A DNA stretch of 64,000 bases from Pseudomonadota bacterium (GCA_021848325.1 JAJZUU010000007.1:2341-66340), one strand, 5' to 3'; counted from the first letter of the stretch, positions 26,645 through 38,239 are shown. Notes: generated by a model not told the origin, from the sequence alone. A program made the numbers and translations.

Positions 26645-27580
26645 TTACGCCGGCGGCCGGTCGAGCATGGCGACGCAGGGCAGGGGGCAATCCAGCACCG
26701 CCTGGCGCAACGCCTCCAGCGCCTGGGGCCGGGGAAAGCTCCGGCGCCAGGCCAAGGCCACCCGGCGCGCGGGCGCGGGCGCGGCGAAGGGACGGACCGC
26801 CAGCAGGCGGTTTTCCTGGCCGGAGACGCCCACGGCGGTGCAGGGAAGCACGGTGATCCCGGCGCCGGAGGCCACCATGTGACGGATGGTCTCCAGGGAA
26901 CTGCCCTCCAGGGTCCGTTGCATGCTGCCGAGGCCGGCGGACCGGTTGAGGGCCGGGCAGGCCTTAAGCACCTGGTCGCGGAAGCAGTGGCCGGAACCGA
27001 GCAGCAGCAGGGTCTCGGCCGCCAGGTCGTCCAGGGCCACGGAGTCGCGCTCGCACCAGCCATGGCCTGCCGGCACCACCACCTGGAACGGCTCGTCGTA
27101 CAGCGGCTTGGTGACCACGCCCGGTTCCTCGAAGGGGAGCGAGATGACGATGGCGTCCAACTCCCCCTGCTTCAGGCGTTCGCTCAGGCGGGCGGTGAAG
27201 TTCTCCTCGATCAGCAGGGGCATCCGGGGCGCCCGCTGGTGCAGGATGGGGATCAGGTGGGGCAGCAGGTAGGGGCCGATGGTGTAGATCGCCCCCAGGC
27301 GAAGGGGGCCGGCCAGTGGGTCCTTGCCCTGCTGGGCGACGGCCTTGACCGCCGCCGCCTCCTCCAGCACCCGGCTCGCCTGCTCGACGATGCGCTCGCC
27401 GACGGGGGTGACGCTCACTTCCTGGGTCCCCCGCTCGAACAGGGTCACGCCCAGTTCCTGCTCCAGCTTGCGGATACCCACGCTCAGGGTTGGCTGGCTG
27501 ACGAAGCAGGCCTCGGCGGCACGGCCGAAGTGGCGCTCCCGCGCCACCGCAACGATGTAACGCAGTTCGGTGAGGGTCAT
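26645..27580 (-). CDS. oxyR: LysR-family peroxide sensor OxyR
   Basis: MTLTELRYIVAVARERHFGRAAEACFVSQPTLS; GHCFRDQVLKAC redox Cys pair; GSSLETIRHMVASG. Confidence 0.95.
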   Translation of the reverse strand: MTLTELRYIVAVARERHFGRAAEACFVSQPTLSVGIRKLEQELGVTLFERGTQEVSVTPVGERIVEQASRVLEEAAAVKAVAQQGKDPLAGPLRLGAIYTIGPYLLPHLIPILHQRAPRMPLLIEENFTARLSERLKQGELDAIVISLPFEEPGVVTKPLYDEPFQVVVPAGHGWCERDSVALDDLAAETLLLLGSGHCFRDQVLKACPALNRSAGLGSMQRTLEGSSLETIRHMVASGAGITVLPCTAVGVSGQENRLLAVRPFAAPAPARRVALAWRRSFPRPQALEALRQAVLDCPLPCVAMLDRPPA

Positions 27581-27645
27581 GGACGGATGATAACGTTGCC
27601 GCGCGGCCAACGCAAAGGCGGTCGGCGGGCGCGGCGGCTCAACCG

Positions 27646-28164
27646 TTAGTGCAGCCCTTCCTTGATGGCTTCGATGATGCGGTTTTCGATCTTGTGCCCC
27701 ACCTCTTTGGCCTTCTTGTGCGGGTCCTTGGCCAGCAGATAGCTGGGCCGGGTGAAGATGACGGTGATTTGGTCGGGGTGTTTTTTCATGTTGTACACCA
27801 CCACCTTGAACGGGCATAGCACCGACCAGTCCATGTTGAGGTTGAACACCTCCCGGTTGAACACCAGCGAACAGAAATGCACCGCGGTGGCGTTCTGGAA
27901 GCCGATGGTGTTCCACTTGTCCTCGCCCAGGACCGCCTTGTTGTTCTCCAGTCCCTTGGACAGGTTCTCCTCGCCGCTGATCTGGAACTGCTTGGCCTCC
28001 AGCCCGGTCTTCACGTGGGCGAGCACGGTGTCGAAATCCCCCTTCACCTGGTATTTCCAGACAGCCGGGTTGTCTGCGGCGCGGGCCGCGGCGTTGGGGC
28101 CGGCCCAGGCGACGAACAGGAAACAGAGCAGCAGTGCTGCCCGGGTAAGCGGATTGGCTTTCAT
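27646..28164 (-). CDS. Exported DUF302-like protein
   Basis: Signal peptide; FCS...LCPFKVVVY..RP pattern. Confidence 0.7.
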   Translation of the reverse strand: MKANPLTRAALLLCFLFVAWAGPNAAARAADNPAVWKYQVKGDFDTVLAHVKTGLEAKQFQISGEENLSKGLENNKAVLGEDKWNTIGFQNATAVHFCSLVFNREVFNLNMDWSVLCPFKVVVYNMKKHPDQITVIFTRPSYLLAKDPHKKAKEVGHKIENRIIEAIKEGLH

Positions 28165-28357
28165 GGGATACCCTCCTTGCGCTGTGACGAGACGCCGGAA
28201 CAGAGCGGGCCGGCGACCTTAGGAGCCCTCGCCGCCGGCATCCGCCGGGGAAGGCAAGGGAAACGGTTTGCGCGCTGCGCCCTATCACCTATAGAAGATG
28301 GACGCGGCCTCCGCAAGCCACCGTTGCGAAGGAAACGGGGGGCAGGCGGTCGGCCCC

Positions 28358-29440
28358 TCAGCGCCCCAGGTAGGGCACCAGGATCGCCGCCGTCCGGTCC
28401 GCGCCGTCGGCGGGCACCGGCACGCCGGCGGGCATGGCGACCAACTCCTCCAGCGTCTGCCCCAGCCGGCCCTGGGCCAGGTCGTCGGCCGGGATCTCCC
28501 GGCAGCGGCCGTGGGTCCGCAGCCAATCCACCAGCCAGGGCTCCTCCGGCCAGTCCCGGCGGGGCACGTAGAGCACCGGCACGCCGTTGGCCGCCGCCTC
28601 GGCGAAGCTGCCGTAACCGGGCTTGGTGATCAAGGCGTCGCAGGAACACAGCAGGTCCACGAAGTGCAGGGAGAGCGCCTCCAGCGGCACCGCGTCGGGG
28701 TGGCGCACCTGCCAGGCGTCCTCCACCAGCCAGCGCACCCCGGGCAGACGGGGCCAGTCTTCCAGGGGCAGGCGGGTAGGGATGCCCCCCAAGGCCACCA
28801 GCACCAACTTGTCGCCGGGCTCCAGGTCCAGCCTGGCGTCGATTTCGGCCCGACGGTCGGTGCCGCGGCGGGCGACGGTCCCCAGGGGCTCGGCGCGGCG
28901 CAGATCCGCCATGGGCATGCCCGGCTGCAGCCGCAGGAAGCAGGCCGCGCTGTTGTAGGCCTCCAGCATCTGCCGGTGGATCTCGGCGGCGCCGGGGTAA
29001 TCCCGGCAATAATGCAGGTAGATGTCCGCCCAGTTGAGGGAGCACATGGCCGCGGCCGGGATGCCCGCCCACGCGGCCTCCGCCAGGGCGAGATAAGAGA
29101 CGTTGGCAAACACCAGGTCCGGGGCGAGGCCCGCCAGCCGCTTCGCCCCGCGCTCCACCTTTTGCTCCCAGTCCCGGTGGAAAACGGCATAGGCCCGGGC
29201 GCTCTCTTCCACCCGCACGGCCAGGGCGCTTTCCATGCGCATGCCGAAATCGGTGGCCTGGGGAATATGGTCGAAGGGGCCCTCGATGCGGCTCGCCAGC
29301 AGCGGGCGCGGCGCCCCGGAGCGCACGGTGAGGCGCAGCCCCGGCACCCGTCGCCGCAACGCGTTCAGCACCGGGGCGGTCTGGGCCAGGTGGCCGAAGC
29401 CGTGGAAGGAGATATCCGCCAGCAGGTGGGGGCCGGTCAT
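28358..29440 (-). CDS. GT-B fold glycosyltransferase-like protein
   Basis: ISFHGFGHLA, DFG, CDALITKPGYGSFAEA..VPVLYVPRRDWPEE; ATGA overlap with hda. Confidence 0.7.
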   Translation of the reverse strand: MTGPHLLADISFHGFGHLAQTAPVLNALRRRVPGLRLTVRSGAPRPLLASRIEGPFDHIPQATDFGMRMESALAVRVEESARAYAVFHRDWEQKVERGAKRLAGLAPDLVFANVSYLALAEAAWAGIPAAAMCSLNWADIYLHYCRDYPGAAEIHRQMLEAYNSAACFLRLQPGMPMADLRRAEPLGTVARRGTDRRAEIDARLDLEPGDKLVLVALGGIPTRLPLEDWPRLPGVRWLVEDAWQVRHPDAVPLEALSLHFVDLLCSCDALITKPGYGSFAEAAANGVPVLYVPRRDWPEEPWLVDWLRTHGRCREIPADDLAQGRLGQTLEELVAMPAGVPVPADGADRTAAILVPYLGR

Positions 29441-30108
29441 GGGGCGGCCAGCATCCGGCGCAGCAGGGGCAGGGTGACGGGGCGCTTGGTTTCCAGGGAA
29501 TAGCGGTCGAGGGCGTCCACCATCCCCAGCAGGGAGGGCAGATCGCGCCGCCAGTGGCGCAACAGATAGCCAGCCACTTCGGGGGCCAGGGCGAAGCCCC
29601 GCTGCCGGGCGCGGCCCGCCATGGCATCGGCCTTTTCTCCGTCGCTCAGGGCGTGCACCTGGTACACCAGGCCCCACGCCAGGCGGCTGACCAGGTCCGG
29701 GCGCAGGGCCAGTTGCGCGGGCGCGGCGGGCCCGCTCACCAGTAAGGCGCCCCGCCCCTCCCGCATCCGGTTGCAGAGATTGAACAGGGCGATCTGGCCC
29801 GCATCGTCCAACCGCTGCACCCCGTCCAGGGCCACCGCGTCGAGGCCGGCCAGCTCCGGGCCGGGACCGCCTTCGGCCCCTTCCGTGCATACGACGCCGT
29901 GGCCGCTTGCCGCCGCGGCCGCGACGAAGGCCGTGAGCAGATGGCTCCTGCCGCAGCCCGGCTCGCCCCAGATGTAGACGAAGCGCTCGCGACTGCGCCC
30001 GGCCGCCAGGTCCTTGAGCAGATGCAGCAGCTCGGCGTTGCGCCCCGGCACGAAGTTATCCAGGGTCGGGGCGGGGGCGGGGGCGATGTCGAGAACGAGT
30101 TGTTTCAT
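29437..30108 (-). CDS. hda: DnaA regulatory inactivator Hda
   Basis: MKQLVLD clamp motif, TLDNFVPGRN, GEPGCGRSHLL, DLVSRLAWG, RPVTLPLLR. Confidence 0.93.
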   Translation of the reverse strand: MKQLVLDIAPAPAPTLDNFVPGRNAELLHLLKDLAAGRSRERFVYIWGEPGCGRSHLLTAFVAAAAASGHGVVCTEGAEGGPGPELAGLDAVALDGVQRLDDAGQIALFNLCNRMREGRGALLVSGPAAPAQLALRPDLVSRLAWGLVYQVHALSDGEKADAMAGRARQRGFALAPEVAGYLLRHWRRDLPSLLGMVDALDRYSLETKRPVTLPLLRRMLAAP

Positions 30109-30153
30109 GTCGGAGCAGCAGTTTACCGCAGACGCAATTCGGGATGGCGCCAT

Positions 30154-30213
30154 TTAGGTGTCGCGAAATAATAACTTGGACATTTGTCCAAATTATTGTT
30201 TCTCGACGCCTTA
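30154..30213. mobile_element. Ultra-short palindromic element with TTA flanks (family of 49028-49110)
   Basis: TTA-GGTGTCGCGAAATAATAACTTGGACA-TT-TGTCCAAATTATTGTTTCTCGACGCC-TTA. Confidence 0.75.
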
Positions 30214-31272
30214 GTCGCGGTAGGCCGAACTGGCCAGATACTTGCCTCGCAGTTGACGCAGCCCCACCAGCAGGGCGGCGCTGGCCGGCAGGGCGAGCAG
30301 AATGCCGAAGAAGCCGAATATCTGGCCGAAGGCCAGCAGGGCGAAGATCACCAGCACCGGGTGCAGGCCGATGCGCTCGCCCACCAGCCAGGGGGTCACC
30401 ACCATACTCTCCAGCGCCTGCCCGATGCCAAACGCGATCCACACCGGAATCAGGCCGGCCAAGCCCTGGAATTGGAGCAGGCCGGTCAGGGTGGCCAGGA
30501 TGAGCCCGGTAATCATGCCCAGGTAAGGGACGAACACCAGCAACCCGGCCACCATGCCGATGGGCAGCGCGTAGTCCAGCCCCGCCAGCCACAGCCCGGC
30601 CACGTAGTACACCGCCATCAGCAGCATCACGGAGAGCTGGCCGCGCAGGAACTCCCCCAACACCCGGTCGACTTCCCGCGCCAGCCCCGCCGCTTGGGAA
30701 TGCCAGCGGCGCGGGATCAGATGGTCAGTGTGCGCCACCATGATGTCCCAGTCGCGCAACAGGTAAAACGTCACCACCGGCACCAGCACCAGGTTGGCGA
30801 CAAACTCCACCACCGCGAGCCCGCCGCTTTTCAGGGAAGGCAGCAGCCATGCCGCCGCCCCTCCCGCGCTTTGCCAGTGGGTCGACAGCAATACCTGCAC
30901 CGCTCCGGCCCCCGGGGAGAGATCCACCCCGAAGCGGCTCTTGAGCCAGGGCCCCGCCTGGGTGCGCACCCAGTCGAACAAGGCGGGCAGCCGCTGGGCC
31001 AGGGAGCCGACCTCCTGATCCAGCAGGGGCACCAGGATCAGGACGAAGCCGGCAAACGCCAGCAGCAGAAACAGCATCACCAGCATCGTTCCCAGGGTGC
31101 GCGGGAGCTTGCGCCGCTCCAGCCGGTCCACCAGGGGATCGCACATGTAGGCCAGGATCGCCGCCAGCAGGAAAGGGGTCAGGATGGGGCTGAGCAGATA
31201 CAGCAGGAGGCCGGCCGCGCCGGCCAGGGCCAGCCCCCAGTAGAACTGCCAGTTGGAGCGTTGTGTCGTCAT
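30211..31272 (-). CDS. AI-2E family transporter
   Basis: [43 protein letters not shown]. Confidence 0.92.
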   Translation of the reverse strand: MTTQRSNWQFYWGLALAGAAGLLLYLLSPILTPFLLAAILAYMCDPLVDRLERRKLPRTLGTMLVMLFLLLAFAGFVLILVPLLDQEVGSLAQRLPALFDWVRTQAGPWLKSRFGVDLSPGAGAVQVLLSTHWQSAGGAAAWLLPSLKSGGLAVVEFVANLVLVPVVTFYLLRDWDIMVAHTDHLIPRRWHSQAAGLAREVDRVLGEFLRGQLSVMLLMAVYYVAGLWLAGLDYALPIGMVAGLLVFVPYLGMITGLILATLTGLLQFQGLAGLIPVWIAFGIGQALESMVVTPWLVGERIGLHPVLVIFALLAFGQIFGFFGILLALPASAALLVGLRQLRGKYLASSAYRD

Positions 31273-31385
31273 TGTGGTCCAGCCGCTGCCGGCCGTCGGC
31301 GGACGCCGACCTACATCGAAGCGCCGTTTTGGGTAAAATAGCTTCTTTGGCCACTACTTTATCTGCTAGAAAGCGAGAACTCAAC

Positions 31386-32431
<1,046 letters not shown>

Positions 32432-32435
<4 letters not shown>

Positions 32436-33076
32436 AGACCGTCGTCGCCCTGATCTCCGGGCGCGGGAGCAATCTCGAGGCGATCCTGGAAGCCGGCCTG
32501 CCGGTGCGCATCGCCGCGGTCATCAGCAACAACCCCCAGGCCCCGGGGCTGGCCATCGCCCGGGCCCACGGGGTGCCCACCGCCGCGCTGGATCACCGCC
32601 GGTTTCCCGACCGCGAGACCTTCGACCAGGCCCTGGCGGAGCAGATCGACCGCCACCGCCCCGACCTGGTGGTGCTGGCCGGGTTCATGCGCATCCTGAC
32701 CGACACCTTCGTCAACCGCTACCGGGGCCGCATGATCAACATCCACCCGTCCCTGCTGCCCGCCTACCCCGGTCTCGATACCCACGCCGAAGTGCTGCGG
32801 GACGGGGTGAAGATCCACGGCTGCACGGTGCACTTCGTCACCCCCAAGGTGGACCACGGCCCCATCATCGTCCAGGCGGCGGTGCCGGTGCGCTCCGGCG
32901 ACAGCGAGGCCACCCTGGCGGCAAGGGTGCTGGAGCAGGAACACCGGATACTGCCCCGGGCGATCCGCTGGTTCGCCGAGGGCCGGCTCGCCGTCGGCGA
33001 GGACGGAGTGGTAAACCTAATCGGCCAGGGCTTGTCTCAGGGACAGCTGATTTCTCCTTGGGACGACGAAACTTGA
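32432..33076 (+). CDS. purN: Phosphoribosylglycinamide formyltransferase
   Basis: [40 protein letters not shown]. Confidence 0.97.
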
Positions 33077-33090
33077 GCAAAGGCCGATCC

Positions 33091-33792
33091 ATGCGCGCCG
33101 CGCAAACATGGGCCGCCGCGCTCCTGCTGTGGGCAGCGGCGGCGTCGGTCCAGGCCGCGCCCCAGCGGGTCAGCGCCCAGTACCAGTTGCTCAAGGACGG
33201 GCAGCCGGTGGCGGTGGTGGACGAGACCTTCACCCGATCCGGCGACCGCTACCGGATCGAAAGCGAGACCAAAGGGGTCGGCATCTTCGCCCTGCTGGTC
33301 AAGGGCTCGGTCAGGCTGGTGAGCAGCGGCGAGGTCACCAAGAAGGGGCTCAGACCGCTGCATTTCGAGCACCACCGGGGCGCGGACCCGGCCAGGACGA
33401 TCTATGCCGATTTCGACTGGCAGACGAACAGCCTCGACCTGCGGCATGATGGCGCGACCGAGACGGTGGCCCTCCAGCCGGGCAGCCAGGACCGGCTGAG
33501 CCTCATGTACCAGTTCATGTTTCTGCGGCGCCGGCCGGCGGATCTGGTGTTCTACATGACCAACGGCAAGAAGCTCGACCAATACCGCTACCGCCGGGTT
33601 GGGGTGGAAACGCTCACCACCCCGGCCGGCCCGCTCAGGACGCTGCACTATTCCCGGCAACACGAGCCCGACGAAGACGGTACGGAGGTGTGGCTGGCCA
33701 TGGACAGGCATTACTTTCCGGTACGGGTGCTGATCGAGGAGAAAGACGGCGGCACCCTGGAGCAAACCCTGACCCGCCTGGACATCGAATAG
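33091..33792 (+). CDS. DUF3108 family exported protein
   Basis: Signal peptide; QDRLSLMYQF, TPAG.LRTLHY, EVWLA..HYFPVR. Confidence 0.8.
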   Translation: MRAAQTWAAALLLWAAAASVQAAPQRVSAQYQLLKDGQPVAVVDETFTRSGDRYRIESETKGVGIFALLVKGSVRLVSSGEVTKKGLRPLHFEHHRGADPARTIYADFDWQTNSLDLRHDGATETVALQPGSQDRLSLMYQFMFLRRRPADLVFYMTNGKKLDQYRYRRVGVETLTTPAGPLRTLHYSRQHEPDEDGTEVWLAMDRHYFPVRVLIEEKDGGTLEQTLTRLDIE

Positions 33793-33808
33793 GCGCCGCC
33801 GCACCGCG

Positions 33809-34936
33809 ATGGCAACAGCCGGCCGACGTTCGACCTTTCCCCTTCCCGGGGCGATGTTTTGGGCCCTGCTCTTTTCCCTGGCGGTGCACCTGGCGCTGCT
33901 GTTCGGCCCCCGGATCCTCGTCCCCGTCAGCCCGCCCGCGCCCCTGCCGCTGGAAGTCCGGCTGCTGCTGCCGCCCAAGGCGCCTCTGAAAGCCCCTCCG
34001 CGGGAAGCAAAGCCCCGGCACAAAGCGCCCCGCCACAGGGCGCGCCTGGCGCAAAAACAGGAACCGCGTCCGCCGGCGCCGCCCGCGCCCGCGCAACCCT
34101 TGGCGATGAAATCCCCGGTCACGGAACCCTCGGCGCCGCAACCCGCCCCGCCCCCGGCAGCGCCGCCGCAACCCGCGCCCGCGCCACCGCAACCCTCGGC
34201 TGCGGCGTCCGAAACGCCACCGGCCCGGGCCGCCGCGCCCGACCAGGCCGACAACCTGCCCACCGAGGCGGAGATCCAATACATCCTGTACAAGGGAACC
34301 CAAGGCCTGAAGGTGGGCCGCACCGTGCATATCTGGCGCATTCGGGACGGACGCTACCACGTCACCAGCGTGACCGAGGCCAGCGGCATATTCTCCCTGT
34401 TCAAGCCGGGCAGGCTGGTGCAGACCAGTCAGGGCACCATCACCCGGGACGGCCTGGTCCCCGACGCCTTCTGGATCCAGCGCGGCCAGTCCGCGGACAC
34501 CACCGACTCCGCCCGGTTCGACTGGGAGGACCATTTGCTCACCCTGGGTTCCTACGAGAACGGCCGCACCGTCGCCCTGCCCGAGCACACCCAGGACCTG
34601 GTGAGCTTCGTGTACCAGATGGGCTTCGCGGGGCCGCCCAAGGGCACCCTCCACCTCCATATCACCGACGGCAGGAAGCTGGACAGCTACGACTACCGGG
34701 TCCTGGGGGAGGAAACCCTGGACACCCCCATGGGCAGCGTCAAGGCCCTGCACTTGAGCAAAGTGCACCCGCCCGGGGAAGACGGCACCGACATCTGGCT
34801 GGGGGTGGACTATCATTACCTGCCGGTCAAGGTCCGGCTCACCGACAAGGACGGCGACAGCGCCGAGCAAGTGATCAGCTCGATCCGCTTGAATAATCCG
34901 CCAAATCCTTTACACTCGGCCCCTCCCCCACCCTGA
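33809..34936 (+). CDS. DUF3108 protein with TM anchor and Pro-rich linker
   Basis: FSLAVHLALL, long P/A-rich spacer, QDLVSFVYQ, TPMG..ALHL, DIWLG..YLPVKV. Confidence 0.8.
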   Translation: MATAGRRSTFPLPGAMFWALLFSLAVHLALLFGPRILVPVSPPAPLPLEVRLLLPPKAPLKAPPREAKPRHKAPRHRARLAQKQEPRPPAPPAPAQPLAMKSPVTEPSAPQPAPPPAAPPQPAPAPPQPSAAASETPPARAAAPDQADNLPTEAEIQYILYKGTQGLKVGRTVHIWRIRDGRYHVTSVTEASGIFSLFKPGRLVQTSQGTITRDGLVPDAFWIQRGQSADTTDSARFDWEDHLLTLGSYENGRTVALPEHTQDLVSFVYQMGFAGPPKGTLHLHITDGRKLDSYDYRVLGEETLDTPMGSVKALHLSKVHPPGEDGTDIWLGVDYHYLPVKVRLTDKDGDSAEQVISSIRLNNPPNPLHSAPPPP

Positions 34937-34950
34937 ACCGCAACCGCGAT

Positions 34951-36216
34951 ATGCCGCTTTCCGCCCAGCAACTGGACCACGCCGTCAGCGCCCTCAGGGC
35001 CGTGCTGCCGCTGTCGGAGCCGGCCGACGTCGCCCTCGGCCGCTATTTCCGCGAACACCACACACTCGGCGCCAGGGACCGCGCCTTCGTCGCCGAGACC
35101 GTGTTCGGCGTGCTGCGCCGCAGGCTGTTCCTGGAGCATCTCGCCGGCTCGTCCACGCCGCGCAAGCTGGCGCTCGCCTATCTGGCAAGGCCGGCGGGGC
35201 TGGGGCTGCGCGAACTGGAAGGGTCCGTGACCCAGGAAGAGGTCCGCTGGCTCAAGGAAATCAAGGCGGCCCCCGGCGACCCCTTGCCCCTGTCCGTCAG
35301 GACCGATTTCCCGCAATGGCTGCTGGAGAAGCTGCAAACCTTCATGAGCGAGGAGGACATCCTCACTCTGGCCCGCGGCATGCAGCAGCCCGCCCCGCTG
35401 GACCTGCGGGTGAACACCCTGCTGGCGAGCCGGGACGAGGTGCTGCAGGCCTTGCGGGACGAGGGCCTGGAGGCGGCGCCCACCCCTTTCTCTCCCCTGG
35501 GGATACGCCTGGGGGGAAAACCCGCGCTGCAGAAGCACCCCCTGTTCTTGAGCGGCAAGGTGGAGGTGCAAGACGAGGGCAGCCAGTTGTTGGGCTATCT
35601 GGTCGCCCCCGGGCGCCACGACATGGTGGTGGACTTCTGCGCCGGCGCCGGCGGCAAGACCCTGCTGCTGGGGGCGCTGATGCGCTCCCAGGGGCGCATC
35701 TACGCCTTCGACGTGGCGGCCAAGCGCCTCAACAACCTGAAACCGCGGCTCAAGCGCTCGGGGCTCAGCAACCTGCACCCCCAGCTCATCAGCAACGAGA
35801 ACGATCTGAAGGTGAAGCGGCTGCACGGCAAGATCGACCGGGTGCTGGTGGACGCGCCGTGCAGCGGGCTCGGCACCCTGCGCCGCAATCCGGACCTGAA
35901 GTGGCGCCAGACGCCGCAATCCGTCGAGGAACTGCGCGCCAAGCAGGCGGCCATATTGGCCAGCGCGGCCAAACTGCTGAAGCCCGGCGGACGCCTGGTA
36001 TACGCCACCTGCAGCCTGCTGCCGGAGGAAAACCAGGACGTGGTCCAGGCGTTCCTGGCACAGGCCCCCCAGTTCGAACTGCTCGACTGCGCGCAGCTCC
36101 TGGCGAGCCAGGGCATCCCCCTGGACACCGGGCGGTATCTGCAGATCTACCCCCACAGCCACGGCACGGACGCGTTTTTCGCGGCCGTGATGGAACGGAA
36201 GGCCCCCGCGCCGTGA
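34951..36216 (+). CDS. RsmB/NOP (Fmu/Sun) RNA cytosine-C5 methyltransferase
   Basis: VQDEGSQL, DFCAGAGGKT, LVDAPCSGLG, YATCS, HGTDAFF. Confidence 0.93.
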   Translation: MPLSAQQLDHAVSALRAVLPLSEPADVALGRYFREHHTLGARDRAFVAETVFGVLRRRLFLEHLAGSSTPRKLALAYLARPAGLGLRELEGSVTQEEVRWLKEIKAAPGDPLPLSVRTDFPQWLLEKLQTFMSEEDILTLARGMQQPAPLDLRVNTLLASRDEVLQALRDEGLEAAPTPFSPLGIRLGGKPALQKHPLFLSGKVEVQDEGSQLLGYLVAPGRHDMVVDFCAGAGGKTLLLGALMRSQGRIYAFDVAAKRLNNLKPRLKRSGLSNLHPQLISNENDLKVKRLHGKIDRVLVDAPCSGLGTLRRNPDLKWRQTPQSVEELRAKQAAILASAAKLLKPGGRLVYATCSLLPEENQDVVQAFLAQAPQFELLDCAQLLASQGIPLDTGRYLQIYPHSHGTDAFFAAVMERKAPAP

Positions 36217-36812
36217 ACACAACCGCTACCCCCCTCAAGGCGGCAGCCACGCTGTGCCTGCTCCTGCTGCTCGCGCGGGGAGGCGGCGCCCACGGCTTCC
36301 AATTGCCCGCCCCCGCCACGGGCAGGATCCTGCCCGCCCAGGGGACCGTTCAGGTGGCCTTCACCCCCGGCGACAACGCCACCGGGATGATCGTGGCGGC
36401 CATCCGGCAGGCGCGCAGGCAGATCCTGGTGCAGGCCTTCAGCTTTACCAGCAGGGACATCGCCCGGGCGCTCATCGACGCGCGCCGCCGCGGGGTGGAG
36501 GTGGACCTGATCGCCGACCGGGAGCAGACGGCGAAGCTCGCCCGCGGCATGGTGCCGAAGCTGGCCGCGGGCGGGGTGGCGACCTGGCTGGACGGGGAGC
36601 ATGCCAGCGCCCACAACAAGGTGATGGTGATCGATGCCGGCGGCGCCGACCCGGTAGTGATCACCGGCAGCTTCAACTTCACCTACGCCGCGCAGCACAA
36701 GAACGCCGAAAACGTGCTGCTGATCCGGGGGGACCCGGCGCTGGCCGACGCCTATCGGGCCAATTGGCAGCGCCACCGGCTCCACTCCGTCCCATACCGC
36801 ACACCCGGGTAG
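36213..36812 (+). CDS. Exported phospholipase D-family (Nuc-like) protein
   Basis: GTG start overlapping rsmB stop; VAFTPG, AFSFTS, HNKVMVID, TGSFNFT..NAEN single HKD motif. Confidence 0.88.
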   Translation: MNTTATPLKAAATLCLLLLLARGGGAHGFQLPAPATGRILPAQGTVQVAFTPGDNATGMIVAAIRQARRQILVQAFSFTSRDIARALIDARRRGVEVDLIADREQTAKLARGMVPKLAAGGVATWLDGEHASAHNKVMVIDAGGADPVVITGSFNFTYAAQHKNAENVLLIRGDPALADAYRANWQRHRLHSVPYRTPG

Positions 36813-36820
36813 GGCCGCAG

Positions 36821-38110
36821 ATGAAACCCAACCCCCATATCCACAGCCTCCTTCTGGACCTGCTGTCGGACGTCGGCAACCCGATCCTGCTGTGGCAGTT
36901 GCTGGCGCTCGGCCTGTGCCTGGCCGCGGCGTGGGCGCTCGCCTACCTGGTCAACCGGCGTTTGCGCGTCTCGGGGCTGGCCGCCCGGTTCGACATCGGC
37001 GGCGTCAGACGCATGGTCTTTCCGCTGACCGCCCTGCTGCTGGTGACCGTCGGCAAGGCCGTGTTCAGGCATTGGCACGTCCCCCATCTGCTCAACATCG
37101 CGGTGCCGCTGCTGGTTTCGCTGGCCATCATCCGGCTTGTGGTCTACATGATGCGCTTCATTTTCGCCCCCAGCGGCTGGCTGCAAACCTCGGAACGTCT
37201 GCTCGCCGCCCTGGTGTGGATCGGGGTGGCGCTGCACATCACCGGCTTCCTGCCGGACATCGTCAGACTGCTGGACGAGCTGAGCTTCGATATCGGCGTC
37301 CAGCGGGTCTCCGTGCTGCTGATCCTGCAAGGCCTGATCTCCATCGCGGTGACCTTCCTGGCCGCGCTGTGGCTGGGGCGCGTGCTGGAGAGCCCCATCA
37401 TGCACGCGGAAGGGTTGGACATGAACCTGCGGGTGGTACTCGCCAAGTTCATCCGCGCCGCGCTGATCGTACTCGGCATCATGATCGCCCTGCCCGCCGC
37501 CGGGATCGACATCACCGTGCTGTCGGTGTTCGGCGGCGCACTGGGCGTGGGGCTGGGATTCGGCCTGCAGAAGATCGCCAGCAACTACGTCAGCGGCTTT
37601 ATCATCCTGCTGGACAAGTCCATCCACCTGGACGACGTGATCACCGTGGACAGCCGCTACGGTGCGGTATCGCGGCTGACCGCCCGCTACACGGTGCTCA
37701 AGGGATTGGACGGCACCGAATCCATCATCCCCAACGACACCCTGATCACCTCCACCGTGATCAACCATTCCTACTCGGACCGCAACGTCCTGGTCAAAAT
37801 CCCCGTCCAAGTCAGCTACCAGAGCCCCCTGGAGAGCGCCATGGAGATCATGCTGCAGGCCGCCCTGCACCAGCCGCGGGTGCTCAGGGACCCGGCCCCG
37901 CGGGTCTACCTGGCGGCATTCGCCGACAACGGCATCAATCTCGAGATGTCGGTCTGGATCAGCGATCCGGAACAGGGGCAGATGTCCCTGCGCTCCGACA
38001 TCAACCTGGAGATCTGGCGCGAATTCCGGAAACAGGGCATCGAGATCCCCTATCCGCAGCGCGATATCAGAATTTTGGCCGCGCCCGCGGCGCCGCAGCA
38101 AGGGAGCTGA
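36821..38110 (+). CDS. MscS-family mechanosensitive channel
   Basis: GALGVGLGFGLQKIASNYVSGFIIL, IIPN, FADNGINL, GIEIPYPQR. Confidence 0.93.
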   Translation: MKPNPHIHSLLLDLLSDVGNPILLWQLLALGLCLAAAWALAYLVNRRLRVSGLAARFDIGGVRRMVFPLTALLLVTVGKAVFRHWHVPHLLNIAVPLLVSLAIIRLVVYMMRFIFAPSGWLQTSERLLAALVWIGVALHITGFLPDIVRLLDELSFDIGVQRVSVLLILQGLISIAVTFLAALWLGRVLESPIMHAEGLDMNLRVVLAKFIRAALIVLGIMIALPAAGIDITVLSVFGGALGVGLGFGLQKIASNYVSGFIILLDKSIHLDDVITVDSRYGAVSRLTARYTVLKGLDGTESIIPNDTLITSTVINHSYSDRNVLVKIPVQVSYQSPLESAMEIMLQAALHQPRVLRDPAPRVYLAAFADNGINLEMSVWISDPEQGQMSLRSDINLEIWREFRKQGIEIPYPQRDIRILAAPAAPQQGS

Positions 38111-38239
38111 CGCCGGGCATTGTAATTTAGGCCGATCCATTGTAATGTTCCTTATCAGCCCCACTTCATCTCAAACGCTCCCGCTGCTTGAGTCAAGCCA
38201 GACGGGGCGCCCCGTCCGCATCGTTGAGGAACTCGTTTG

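Noticed and set aside
33960-34250. Low-complexity CCG/GCC repeats
   Set aside because: Encodes the Pro/Ala linker of the DUF3108 protein
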